NCBI GenBank assembly: GCA_963791045.1
Contig: CAWBQK010000006.1
Span: 32,001 to 96,000, forward strand
Source: Candidatus Latescibacterota bacterium
Lineage (GTDB): Bacteria; Krumholzibacteriota; Krumholzibacteriia; WVZY01
DNA length: 64,000 nucleotides
Reading direction: 5' to 3'
The notes under the pieces are model-generated. The model did no database searches. It was not told the DNA's origin and was given only the letters and a program-made list of their open reading frames with translations. This document shows positions 10,967 to 19,960 of this stretch, piece by piece. A program made the position numbers and the translations under genes. Each line of letters opens with the position of its first letter. Within the stretch, counting starts at the first letter, position 1.

Positions 10967-11089
10967 TTATTGTCTGCGTACACCTCATCATAAGTCTATG
11001 ATAAATCTCCTCTGACCGGAGACGGTGTGTGCATACAATAACCCGTCATTTTTCAACAAGGCATCCCCGGTCGAATCCGGGGATTTTTT
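10967..11089 (+). ncRNA. Candidate structured leader RNA (riboswitch/attenuator) or sRNA: three-way junction plus intrinsic terminator
   Basis: P1 10967-10984 pairs with 11024-11041 (one mismatch, two G-U); P2 ATCATA-agtc-TATGAT; P3 TCTCC-tctgacc-GGAGA; terminator ATCCCCGG-tcgaat-CCGGGGAT plus T-run at 11063-11089. Confidence 0.6.
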
Positions 11090-11195
11090 GTTCTATGGAA
11101 ACAAAAGGAGGATAGAAAAGAAAATATAAGGAGGCAAAATTGGTATATAATGAAGATGTTCTAGACCCATCCATTAACCTTAAGGAGGAATTAGT

Positions 11196-12998
11196 ATGAA
11201 GAAGCTATCTGTTCTATTGGTTTTTCTACTTATTACCGGGGTTCTTCTTGGAGCTTGCGCTCCAGCAGAAGAACCAGTAGTAGTAGATGAGCCTGTCGTA
11301 GTAGAAGACACATTTTTGGCCTGTCAGGTCACCGACGTCGGCGGCATTGACGACAAATCTTTCAACGCCACTGCCTGGAAAGGCATGGAAGACGCCGTTG
11401 CAGACCTCGGCATTGAAGCCAAATACCTCGAATCCCAACAGCAGACTGATTATGAAGCCAACATCAACGCTTTCCTCGAGGAAGGCTGCGATTTGATCAT
11501 GGCCGTCGGCTTCCTGCTGGGTGATGCCACAGCCGCAGCTGCTGGCGCGAACCCCGACCAGGCCTTTGGCATTGTTGATGTCGACTATCTGGCGTCAGAC
11601 AATCTGTATGGCTCCGGGTTTGCAGTCAATGAGTCCGCCTTCATGGCTGGCTACCTGGCTGCTGGTATGACTGAGACCGGCATTGTTGCCACCTACGGCG
11701 GCATCAATATTCCACCCGTTGCCATCTTCATGGACGGCTTTGTATTGGGTGTTGAATACTACAATGAAGTTAACGGAACAGCAGTAGAGGCTCTGGGCTG
11801 GGATCCTGCAGCACAGGACGGACTCTTTGCAGGGAACTTCGAAAGCACCGATGACGGCCGCACCCTGGGCGAATCTCTGCTGGACGAAGGCGCAGACATC
11901 ATCATGCCTGTCGCTGGTCCTGTAGGTGCTGGAACCATCGCAGTTCTGGAAGAGCGCGGCACCGGTATGGTTATCGGTGTTGACAATGATTGGTCCGTAC
12001 AGTATGCCAATCAGTCCGATATGATTTTGGCCAGTGTTCTGAAGAATATGGACGTTTATGTCTATGAGACCATTCAGGCTGTTATGGATGGATCCTTCGC
12101 TGGCGGCAATTACCTGGGCACCCTTGAGAATGGTGGTGTTGGCCTGGGTTACGGCGGCGCAGAGATCCCCGCTGATCTTATGGCTGAGGTTGATGCTCTG
12201 GCAGCTGGCATTATCGCCGGTGACATTGCCACCTTACCGGTGGTAGAGGAAGTTGAAGAAGTTGCACTTCCAGACCTTGCTGGAAGAGTAGTCACAGTAG
12301 CCGTTGAAAATGCCTATCTGCCTTTTAACTACATTGATCCTGATACCGGTGAACCTGCTGGTTGGGACTATGATGTGTGGAATGAGATCTGCGCCTTGCT
12401 CAACTGCACCCCGGAATTTGTTGAAGCATCCTGGGAAGGCATGATCCAGGCCGTATCTGATGGTCAATATGACGCAGCTGGTGACGGCATCACAATTACA
12501 GAGGAAAGAGCAGAACTCGTTGACTTCTCTGTAGGATACGTTTCAATCGAACAGCGCCTGTTGGTTCGTATCGACGAGGATCGTTTTGAAACCATCGAAG
12601 ATATTGTAGCCGATGAAGATTTGAAATTGGGGACCCAGACTGGAACCACAAACTACGAAACAGCACTTAACTACCTAGCTGCTGAACGCATTCAGGCTTT
12701 TGAGCAGTTCCCGTTTGCAGTTCAAGCTTTGATTGCAGGTGACATCGATGCAGTGATGATTGACGAGGTTGCCGGTCTTGGTTACCAGGGTGCGAACGCT
12801 GATGTCTTGAAGATCATTGGACCTTCCATGTCCAGTGATGTGCTGGGATTCATTTACCCTCTGGGTAGTGACTTGGTTGAACCAGTTGATCTGGCCATTG
12901 GTGCATTAGCAACTAGTGGTAGACTTGGTGAAATCAACCAGGAATACTTTGGCCCAGACTTTGATATCACTTACGATGATTTGTTCCCCGAGGAGTAA
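11196..12998 (+). CDS. Lipoprotein fusing a BMP/PnrA-type binding domain and a polar amino acid (SBP_bac_3) binding domain
   Basis: Lipobox LLGAC; N-half GGIDDKSFN...AGYLAA...AGPVGAG...IGVDND (BMP); C-half AYLPFNY...GWDYD...ITITEERAELVDFS...GTQTGTT (family 3 SBP). Confidence 0.9.
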   Translation: MKKLSVLLVFLLITGVLLGACAPAEEPVVVDEPVVVEDTFLACQVTDVGGIDDKSFNATAWKGMEDAVADLGIEAKYLESQQQTDYEANINAFLEEGCDLIMAVGFLLGDATAAAAGANPDQAFGIVDVDYLASDNLYGSGFAVNESAFMAGYLAAGMTETGIVATYGGINIPPVAIFMDGFVLGVEYYNEVNGTAVEALGWDPAAQDGLFAGNFESTDDGRTLGESLLDEGADIIMPVAGPVGAGTIAVLEERGTGMVIGVDNDWSVQYANQSDMILASVLKNMDVYVYETIQAVMDGSFAGGNYLGTLENGGVGLGYGGAEIPADLMAEVDALAAGIIAGDIATLPVVEEVEEVALPDLAGRVVTVAVENAYLPFNYIDPDTGEPAGWDYDVWNEICALLNCTPEFVEASWEGMIQAVSDGQYDAAGDGITITEERAELVDFSVGYVSIEQRLLVRIDEDRFETIEDIVADEDLKLGTQTGTTNYETALNYLAAERIQAFEQFPFAVQALIAGDIDAVMIDEVAGLGYQGANADVLKIIGPSMSSDVLGFIYPLGSDLVEPVDLAIGALATSGRLGEINQEYFGPDFDITYDDLFPEE

Positions 12999-13037
12999 TC
13001 AATCCAACGGAAAGCAAAACTTCTGTGATGAATGAAC

Positions 13038-13074
13038 AAACGGTGTGTGGGGATTATTTTCCCACACACCGTTT
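13038..13074 (+). promoter_or_regulatory. Intercistronic 14-bp stem-loop after the binding-protein gene
   Basis: AAACGGTGTGTGGG-N9-CCCACACACCGTTT. Confidence 0.65.
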
Positions 13075-13097
13075 CTAATATATCGAAGGAGCGGACA

Positions 13098-13965
13098 GTG
13101 ACTGATCAGCCTCAAGCTATAAAACCAATTATTGAAATTGAGGATTTTTCCTCAAAGAGAAAGTTTCGCGATCTCCCGTGGTGGTTTTTTGCTATTATTT
13201 TGATCGCTATTTATGCATTCATAGTCATTTCAACAAACGAAGAATACAACAGCGCGTTTAATTTTGATTAAGAAGGGTTTGGTAATTACGGTAAAAACTA
13301 CCTTGATAGCGTATGGTCTTGCTATCTTGTTCGGGTTGCTGGCTGGACTTGGCCGTATTTCAAAAAATGTAGTAGTAAATAATTTGGCCAGGCTTTATGT
13401 GGAATTAATCAGAGGTATACCTATCCTGGTATTGATATTTTTCATTGCTTTGGTCGGTGTCCCAGTTCTGGTTGATAGTATTAATAATTTTGGATTCTGG
13501 TTATCTGACCAGGGGTTGAGTTTCTTGGGGAAGATATTTACTGCAGTTACAAATCAGGATATACCCATGAACTCCAGGGCGATAATTGCACTGGCGGTAA
13601 CCTATGGAGCATATCTGGCAGAAATATTCCGGGCTGGAATTCAATCAATAGCCAGAGGTCAGATGGAAGCTGCCAGATCATTAGGTATGAGTTATGGTCA
13701 AGCAATGCGTTATGTCATTTTGCCCCAGGCTGTACGGAATGTCCTGCCCGCACTGGGAAATGACTTTGTGGCAATGGTGAAAGATTCCTCTCTGGTGTCT
13801 GTACTTGCGGTCAGAGACATCACTCAAGTCTCGAGATTATATGCTGGAAGCACCTTTCGTTTTAGGGAATCCTACGTAACCCTCGCTGTGATGTATCTGA
13901 CCATGACAGTTGTTTTGTCTTTAGTAGTACAGTTCATAGAAAGGCGGTTAAAAACCCATGACTGA
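13098..13965 (+). CDS. Polar amino acid ABC transporter permease (frameshift near 13262)
   Basis: YVELIRGIPIL, AYLAEIFRAGIQSIARGQMEAARSLGMS (EAA loop), KDSSLVS; GTG start after AAGGAG. Confidence 0.92.
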
Positions 13966-14705
13966 TCAAGACTACATTATTCAAGTTAAGGATCTGTATA
14001 AATATTTCGGCGATATAAAAGCTGTTGATGGTGTATCACTTGAATATCGGTCGCGGAAAAGTGGTAGTTGTAATTGGACCTAGCGGCTCTGGAAAATCCA
14101 CTCTTCTACGGTGCATTAATCACCTGGAAGAACCTACGAGTGGGGAGATATGGGTCGATGGCGAACGAGTTACAAAAGAAGCAAAAATAATAAATGAGAT
14201 CCGGGCAGAGATCGGAATGGTTTTTCAATTATTCAATCTCTTTCCGCATTTGACAGCCGTTGAAAATGTTACCTTGGCCCAAAAGATCATCCGGGGCAGA
14301 TCCCAGGATGAAGCTGTTGAAATAGCCATGGAAAAATTGAAGAGGGTAGGCATACCTGAAAAAGCTGATTCATATCCATCTAATTTATCTGGTGGCCAGC
14401 AGCAGCGAGTGGCAATTGCCCGGGCTCTGGCGATGGATCCTAAGATCATGCTGTTTGATGAACCCACCAGCGCCCTCGATCCTGAAATGATCAAGGAAGT
14501 GTTGGATGTCATGCTTGATCTTGCCCAGGAAGGTATGACCATGGTTTGTGTGTCCCACGAAATGGGCTTTGTCCGTTCTGCGGCTGATGAGGTTGTTTTT
14601 ATGGATTTTGGTAGAGTTGTGGAGCATACAACACCGGATGGATTGTTCAATAATCCCCAGAATGACCGGACAAAATTATTCCTGAGCCAGATTCTGGAAC
14701 ATTAA
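13958..14705 (+). CDS. Polar amino acid ABC transporter ATP-binding protein, GlnQ-like (frameshift near 14040)
   Basis: GPSGSGKST, MVFQLFNLFPH, LSGGQQQRVAIARAL, FDEPTSALDPE; ATG 13958 overlaps the permease end. Confidence 0.93.
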
Positions 14706-14740
14706 CCAATATTACGCTTTTCCATATGAAGAGGTAATTA

Positions 14741-15469
14741 ATGGAAAGAAATGATGGACGTGCGTTTGATCAGCTCCGTCCTGTAAGCATTGTCCCGGAT
14801 TATGTTGATTTCCCGGAAGGATCAATATTGATCTCTATCGGGAAAACTCGCGTGTTGTGCAATGTTAGTGTTGAAAATAACGTACCCGCCTGGATGGATC
14901 AGGAAGGATCAACGCAAGGATGGATAACTGCAGAGTATGCACTTCTGCCGCGTTCAACGTCAACCAGGGTAATGAGAGAAACCCGGGGGCTGAGCGGCCG
15001 AACTCAGGAAATAAAAAGAATAATTGGACGATCATTAAGAGCTGCGTTTAACCTGGATCTGATTGGGAAGAGGACCATGATCGTTGATTGTGATGTTATC
15101 CAGGCAGATGGAGGGACCAGAACTGCTGCCATAACCGGTGGATATGCCGCCCTTTCAATAGCCATTCAAACACTTGTCGATATGAATGAAATTCCAGGTG
15201 AAGTTTTTCTTTCTCCCGTGGCTGCCATTAGTGTTGGGCTGGTAGAAGGTCAACCGGTACTGGATCTGAATTACAGCGAGGATTCCCGGGCTGAAGCAGA
15301 TCTGAATATAATAATGAATCTTGACGGAGAATTTATTGAAGTCCAGGGAACAGGGGAAGGGGCAACTTTCTCAAGGGATACATTGGATGCGTTGTTGGAC
15401 CTCTCTGCTACAGGCATCCAGGATCTTTTTTTAGTTCAAAAACCCTGGCACTATTCTGAAAAGGATTGA
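14741..15469 (+). CDS. rph: Ribonuclease PH
   Basis: RNDGR...LRPV, GWITAEYALLPRST, GRTQEIKRIIGRSLR, DCDVIQADGGTRTAAITG. Confidence 0.96.
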   Translation: MERNDGRAFDQLRPVSIVPDYVDFPEGSILISIGKTRVLCNVSVENNVPAWMDQEGSTQGWITAEYALLPRSTSTRVMRETRGLSGRTQEIKRIIGRSLRAAFNLDLIGKRTMIVDCDVIQADGGTRTAAITGGYAALSIAIQTLVDMNEIPGEVFLSPVAAISVGLVEGQPVLDLNYSEDSRAEADLNIIMNLDGEFIEVQGTGEGATFSRDTLDALLDLSATGIQDLFLVQKPWHYSEKD

Positions 15470-15502
15470 TACTGTAAGCTAAAAAAGCCTGGAAAAAAAT
15501 GT

Positions 15503-15535
15503 AAAAAAACCTCGCAAATCCTTGCGAGGTTTTTT
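15503..15535. terminator. Bidirectional intrinsic terminator
   Basis: A7-CCTCGCAA-atcc-TTGCGAGG-T6 between convergent genes. Confidence 0.85.
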
Positions 15536-15545
15536 GTTTTAATTA

Positions 15546-16790
15546 TTATTCACTGACAGGCACATCTGGTGGAAGAGCGGGCTGCTCTAAAGATATGGAT
15601 TGAATATAAGCCAGATAATCCTGCGGTAGGGCAGGTTCAGATGGCACATACTTGCTCCAATCTTCATTGATGATAGGTTGATATTCAGTTTCTTTTTCTG
15701 TTATCCAGTCAGTGTACGCTTGATTACGGAGCTGCTGATAAGCTGAGGGATCGAGAAGCAGATCATCTTTTCCCAGGCTTTCCAGGATATGCCAACCAAA
15801 ATCAGTTTGAACAGGATCGCTGATCTCTCCGACATCCAGGGTGAAAGCTGCTTCTTCAAAAGGTTCAACCATGGCGCCTCTGGAGAACCAATCAAGATCA
15901 CCACCATTATCTTTGTTTGTGGTGTCCAATGAGTATTCCGCAGCCAGATCGACGAAATCCTCGCCGTTTTCCAATTTCTCAAGAACTTCATTGGCTGTCT
16001 CTTCATCAGCGACCAGAATATGGCGGATCCAGACGTGTTCTGCTTCCTGCGAGATATCAGCGCTGACAATTTCAATGACCTCATTACGAATGATGGATAT
16101 TTTTATAATATCCCGGATGGTTTGTTCGGTGATACCAACATCATTGACACTGAGCAGGAATTGTTCAAAATTGTTCTCAAATAGCTCTTCAGTGTATTCA
16201 GTAGGTTTGAGGAGTGGTGTTGCTGTTGGATCCGGTTCACCATCCTGATCATCAGTAGTTTCTGGCGTATTGGTGGGAGCCAGGGTCACTGCTGGCGTAG
16301 GTGTACCTCCAGCATAATATCCAAAGGCCTCCTGGATATCCTGGTCAATACGGGCATCATCGATGTTGATGCCCATCTTTTCAGCTTCAACCACCAGGAT
16401 AATATCCTGGGTGATTGCATTGAGAACTTCCTGGCCTATCATGAGAGGTTGTTGAAGCGAGGTAACAGCTACAAGCAATTGCTGCTCAAAGTAACCAAAT
16501 ACTTCTGGTGTACCTCCCAGCTGCTGGAATGTCATCAACATCTGATCGATATCCATGATCATGTTGCGCCTTCTCCACCGGATCTGCTCTTCAAATTGGT
16601 CAGCTGTGATTTTCTCCCCCTCCAGCTCGACAATTGTAATTTTAGGTGTGAGCACAAATCGATCGATAACTCCATAAGCTACCAGGCCCAGGACAATGAC
16701 CAGAACTGAAATGGTTGCGATAATAATGATGCGCTTCTGGCGATCTTCTCGTTGCTTCTGTGCAATAAATTTTTTATTCTGTGGTGGCAT
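15546..16790 (-). CDS. Membrane-anchored parvulin-type peptidyl-prolyl isomerase (PrsA/SurA-like)
   Basis: N-terminal TM helix; RHILV...FVDLAAEYSLD...GGDLDWF...MVEPFEEAAF...PVQTDFGWHI rotamase domain. Confidence 0.9.
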   Translation of the reverse strand: MPPQNKKFIAQKQREDRQKRIIIIATISVLVIVLGLVAYGVIDRFVLTPKITIVELEGEKITADQFEEQIRWRRRNMIMDIDQMLMTFQQLGGTPEVFGYFEQQLLVAVTSLQQPLMIGQEVLNAITQDIILVVEAEKMGINIDDARIDQDIQEAFGYYAGGTPTPAVTLAPTNTPETTDDQDGEPDPTATPLLKPTEYTEELFENNFEQFLLSVNDVGITEQTIRDIIKISIIRNEVIEIVSADISQEAEHVWIRHILVADEETANEVLEKLENGEDFVDLAAEYSLDTTNKDNGGDLDWFSRGAMVEPFEEAAFTLDVGEISDPVQTDFGWHILESLGKDDLLLDPSAYQQLRNQAYTDWITEKETEYQPIINEDWSKYVPSEPALPQDYLAYIQSISLEQPALPPDVPVSE

Positions 16791-16833
16791 AAGTTTACTC
16801 TTTTTTACTATCTGCTGTGATCAATAATATAGA

Positions 16834-17085
16834 TTAACGAAGTGATTCGCCTGTAAAAGGAAGCAATGCAAGATGCCGTGATCGTTTGATCTCACGAGCT
16901 AACTCGCGCTGATGTTTTGCACAGGTTCCAGTCTGTCGGCGAGAACGGATCTTTCCATGGTCGCTTACAAACCTGCTGAGGGTCTCGGTGTCCTTATAGT
17001 CGATCTTCATTTTGGGATTTCCACAAAATCTACATTGTCGTTCTTGTGGATACCTGTCTCGTTCATAATGATTTCTTTCTGCCAT
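16834..17085 (-). CDS. rpsR: 30S ribosomal protein S18 (zinc-binding form)
   Basis: CRFC...IDYKD...GKI...TGTCAKHQR...LALLPF. Confidence 0.96.
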   Translation of the reverse strand: MAERNHYERDRYPQERQCRFCGNPKMKIDYKDTETLSRFVSDHGKIRSRRQTGTCAKHQRELAREIKRSRHLALLPFTGESLR

Positions 17086-17121
17086 GTGGTACTCCTTAAG
17101 ATTTTCTCGATCTTATCTAAA

Positions 17122-17508
17122 TTAAAATGGGTACTCATCCTCTGAAGGGGGTTCTTCTGTCATTGAATCCCCAGGACGACTATCTAACATGATCATTTCC
17201 TGTGTAATAATCTCAACAGATGAATGATTGGCCCCATCATCGTCCTGCCAGCGGCGTGTGTGTAAGCGTCCTTCAATATACACTTGCTTGCCTTTTTTCA
17301 AGTACTGGTTGCATATTTCAGCCAATTTTCCCCAGGCAACAACATTGAACCATTCCGTTTCGTTCTTTTTCTCACCATCGGTTGTTGTCCAGCTCCGATC
17401 TGACGCCATACGAAATTTTGTCAGCGGTTTGCCGGAAGGTGTGTAACGCATTTCAGGATCCTGTCCCAATCTGCCGATGAGTAAGACTTTATTCAAACCT
17501 CTGGCCAT
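17122..17508 (-). CDS. ssb: Single-stranded DNA-binding protein
   Basis: MARGLNKVLLIGRLGQDPEMRYT...; acidic tip EDEYPF; AGGAGG RBS before ATG 17508. Confidence 0.96.
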   Translation of the reverse strand: MARGLNKVLLIGRLGQDPEMRYTPSGKPLTKFRMASDRSWTTTDGEKKNETEWFNVVAWGKLAEICNQYLKKGKQVYIEGRLHTRRWQDDDGANHSSVEIITQEMIMLDSRPGDSMTEEPPSEDEYPF

Positions 17509-17579
17509 AAGCTTCCTCCTTAAACAGGAAAAGTGGTTCCAGGCGATTGTCACTGGAACTGGTAACCGATCGATAACGA

Positions 17580-17867
17580 TCAGTCATCCCTGTTGATAAT
17601 CAGGAAACGCAAAATTGATTCCTGCAAGCGGAAATTGCGTTCCAAGTTTACAACAGCGGTTGGCTCTAATTTGAGGTTGAAGAGGTAATATTGGCCTTCC
17701 TTGCTATTGCCGATCAAGTAAGCAAATTTTTGTCTTCCCCACTCTTCAAAAGACTCAATGGATCCCCCAGCATCAGTTATCCAGCTTTTTACTTTATCTA
17801 CTACTTCCGCCGTAGCGGTTTCATCAATTTCCGGGGTAACGATAATAACGAGTTCGTAATCTCGCAT
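17580..17867 (-). CDS. rpsF: 30S ribosomal protein S6
   Basis: MRDYEL...WGRQKFAYLI...ILRFLI; canonical rpsF-ssb-rpsR order. Confidence 0.96.
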   Translation of the reverse strand: MRDYELVIIVTPEIDETATAEVVDKVKSWITDAGGSIESFEEWGRQKFAYLIGNSKEGQYYLFNLKLEPTAVVNLERNFRLQESILRFLIINRDD

Positions 17868-17929
17868 CTCATCCTCCTTTCCACGGGTTTGTCTCCTGAC
17901 AGTGTGGTCAGTACGCAGGAAACGGAAAG
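17868..17929 (-). promoter_or_regulatory. Probable S6:S18 autoregulatory leader
   Basis: Minus strand CTTTCC...TCCTG...CAGGA-gacaaa-CCCG-t-GGAAAG-GAGG: hairpin with an unpaired CCG just before the SD, as described for S6:S18-binding leaders. Confidence 0.6.
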
Positions 17930-18061
17930 TTAATTTTTAGAATGACCGAGGGAGAGTTTAGCATAATTGGGTATATTTGGGAAGGGTTCTGAGGGATGGT
18001 GGTAATTTTGTTGGATAAACTGGAATTCTGAGAAAGGAATTGATATATTCTCCTTTGGATA

Positions 18062-19528
18062 TTAAGGATAGCCAGGCAGAGGAGGTAGTAGATCCATTCC
18101 CTCCGATCGAGCAGCTTGGGTAGTGATCTTTTTCAACTCAATTTGTACGTCGGGATGTAATGCTGGCGCTGGAGCAGATCCAAGTAATTCCTGGCGGAGA
18201 TCTTTGGCCCTGGACCAGGCAGATTTGGAATACCCTTGATCGGCTGGATCAAGTGGTTGGCGATCTATAACCAAAGAGGGATAATGGTTTTCTTCCTTAA
18301 ACCATTTAAACGTATGCTCAGAGGAGATGAAATCCCCCTTATGTCCAACTTCCCTGATGAGATCAACAGCGAGGGGATTTTCGCGAAATTGGATTCCCTG
18401 CGAGAAATGCTTGATAGAAGCGATCATTTCAGAGTCCAGTATTAACTTTTCGGGACTTTGGCTGTTCTCGTAAGCTAGCATTCCAGCACCAGAGATCAAA
18501 TTTGTGCCTGCCATGGATCCGAGCAATGCACCGGTTGCGGACTCCATACCTGCCTGTGCATCAACAATCTTTGCATCCGAAATTCCCAGATAGGCCTGGG
18601 TTGGCAGACCGAGTGATCTGCCAATTTGCACATAGGCAGCAGCAATTAACCAGGTTCCAGAGGAGCCCATTGGCGGTGTACTGTGTTTCATATCAAATAC
18701 TGCTGCCGATCCTCCCCAAACAATCTTAGCTCCTTTTTTGGCTAACTGAGCAATGACAATCCCGCTCAGGCATTCTGCTGCATGCTGTACAATTGTGCCA
18801 GCAAGCGTGACAGGGGAGGTGGCTCCAGCCATGGGCATTGATACTATCTGGATTGGTATCCCAGAACGAGCATTATCAAGAAGGTTCTGGCAGCTTGTAT
18901 TGCTCCACTCTAAGGGAGAAGTTGGACAAATATCGAATATTGCCAGTGGTTTGTCTAAAAGCCTCTGCTCACCACCAACAGCCGTTACCAATAATTCTTT
19001 CATTATTTTCCAGCTTTTGTTACGAAATATGCCAGTAACAATTGGTTTTGTCATATAACAAAGGGCAATATAGAGGCGGTAAAGATCTTGGATTGACTCA
19101 GGAACATCACTGGGAACCATGGCAGTACTTTGGGCATCAATAGCCGGTATAGATTCCACAAGCTGAATATATTGGACAAGGTCATTTGTGAGTACTTTAC
19201 GGGTTCTCTGGGTGTGGGAATCCAAGATGTATAAGGTTGAAGATCCTGGAGTGTAGAATGTCAGATCGCTGCCGTATCGAACTGCAGGATCACCCTTAAG
19301 ACTATAGAGGGAGAATTCCTTGGGGCAGCTTGCCAGTGCGTTGTGGATGAGTCCTTCCGGAATTGAGACTGCCATTGAATTAGGATTTACCTTGGCGCCT
19401 GCATCTGATAAGAGTTTGACTCCTTCTGGATTTGAGACGATAACCCCGGGATCATCCAGGAGTTGTATTGCCTCATGGATGATCGTCTTTTCCTCTTCTG
19501 CTGTTAGCACTTGTAGCAATGGTTTCAT
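18062..19528 (-). CDS. Trimethylamine methyltransferase (MttB) superfamily protein, non-pyrrolysine
   Basis: SPL...MAGATSPVTLAGTIVQHAAECLSG...DAQAGMES...AGTNLISGAGML; uninterrupted 488-aa ORF with no amber codon. Confidence 0.9.
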   Translation of the reverse strand: MKPLLQVLTAEEEKTIIHEAIQLLDDPGVIVSNPEGVKLLSDAGAKVNPNSMAVSIPEGLIHNALASCPKEFSLYSLKGDPAVRYGSDLTFYTPGSSTLYILDSHTQRTRKVLTNDLVQYIQLVESIPAIDAQSTAMVPSDVPESIQDLYRLYIALCYMTKPIVTGIFRNKSWKIMKELLVTAVGGEQRLLDKPLAIFDICPTSPLEWSNTSCQNLLDNARSGIPIQIVSMPMAGATSPVTLAGTIVQHAAECLSGIVIAQLAKKGAKIVWGGSAAVFDMKHSTPPMGSSGTWLIAAAYVQIGRSLGLPTQAYLGISDAKIVDAQAGMESATGALLGSMAGTNLISGAGMLAYENSQSPEKLILDSEMIASIKHFSQGIQFRENPLAVDLIREVGHKGDFISSEHTFKWFKEENHYPSLVIDRQPLDPADQGYSKSAWSRAKDLRQELLGSAPAPALHPDVQIELKKITTQAARSEGMDLLPPLPGYP

Positions 19529-19546
19529 ATCCAGTTATTCTAACCT

Positions 19547-19580
19547 AAAGAAAACCCCATCCTTGGAAATAGGAAGGGGT
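19547..19580 (-). terminator. Probable terminator after sufT
   Basis: Minus strand ACCCCTTCCT-atttcca-AGGATGGGGT then TTTCTTT. Confidence 0.6.
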
Positions 19581-19629
19581 AAGGTGTCTTTTCTATTTTA
19601 ACACAGCTGAGCTGGTTTTAGGTATTGTT

Positions 19630-19956
19630 CTAGTATAAACCCCAATCTACTGCATCATCTTCCATCATGGAGCGGTCCCAGAACTCACGTCCCATCTCTA
19701 TCTTTGTGGGGATACCGAGGACCTCTTCTGTTTTGCTTCGGCAAGCTTCCATAAGTTGGGGTGCATACGGGCAGAAAGGAGTTGTCAGGATCATGGTCAC
19801 CATAGCATCATCATCCTTGACCGTTACATTCCTGACCAAACCCAACTGGACAATATTCATTCCCAGTTCCGGATCCATAACTTCCTGCAGACCTATATGA
19901 AGGTTCTCAGCCAATCCACGATCCGCTTTTCCTAAATCCCATTGATCTACGATCAT
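19630..19956 (-). CDS. SufT/PaaD-like (DUF59) Fe-S assembly protein
   Basis: VMDPELGMNIVQLGLV...MILTTPFCP...W. Confidence 0.9.
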   Translation of the reverse strand: MIVDQWDLGKADRGLAENLHIGLQEVMDPELGMNIVQLGLVRNVTVKDDDAMVTMILTTPFCPYAPQLMEACRSKTEEVLGIPTKIEMGREFWDRSMMEDDAVDWGLY

Positions 19957-19960
19957 AAAA

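Noticed and set aside
10967-11041. Leader RNA as a purine riboswitch, hammerhead ribozyme or SRP RNA
   Set aside because: Lacks the purine aptamer junction (UUUCUAC-type), the hammerhead CUGAUGA/GAAA core on either strand, and the SRP GGAA-loop motif.
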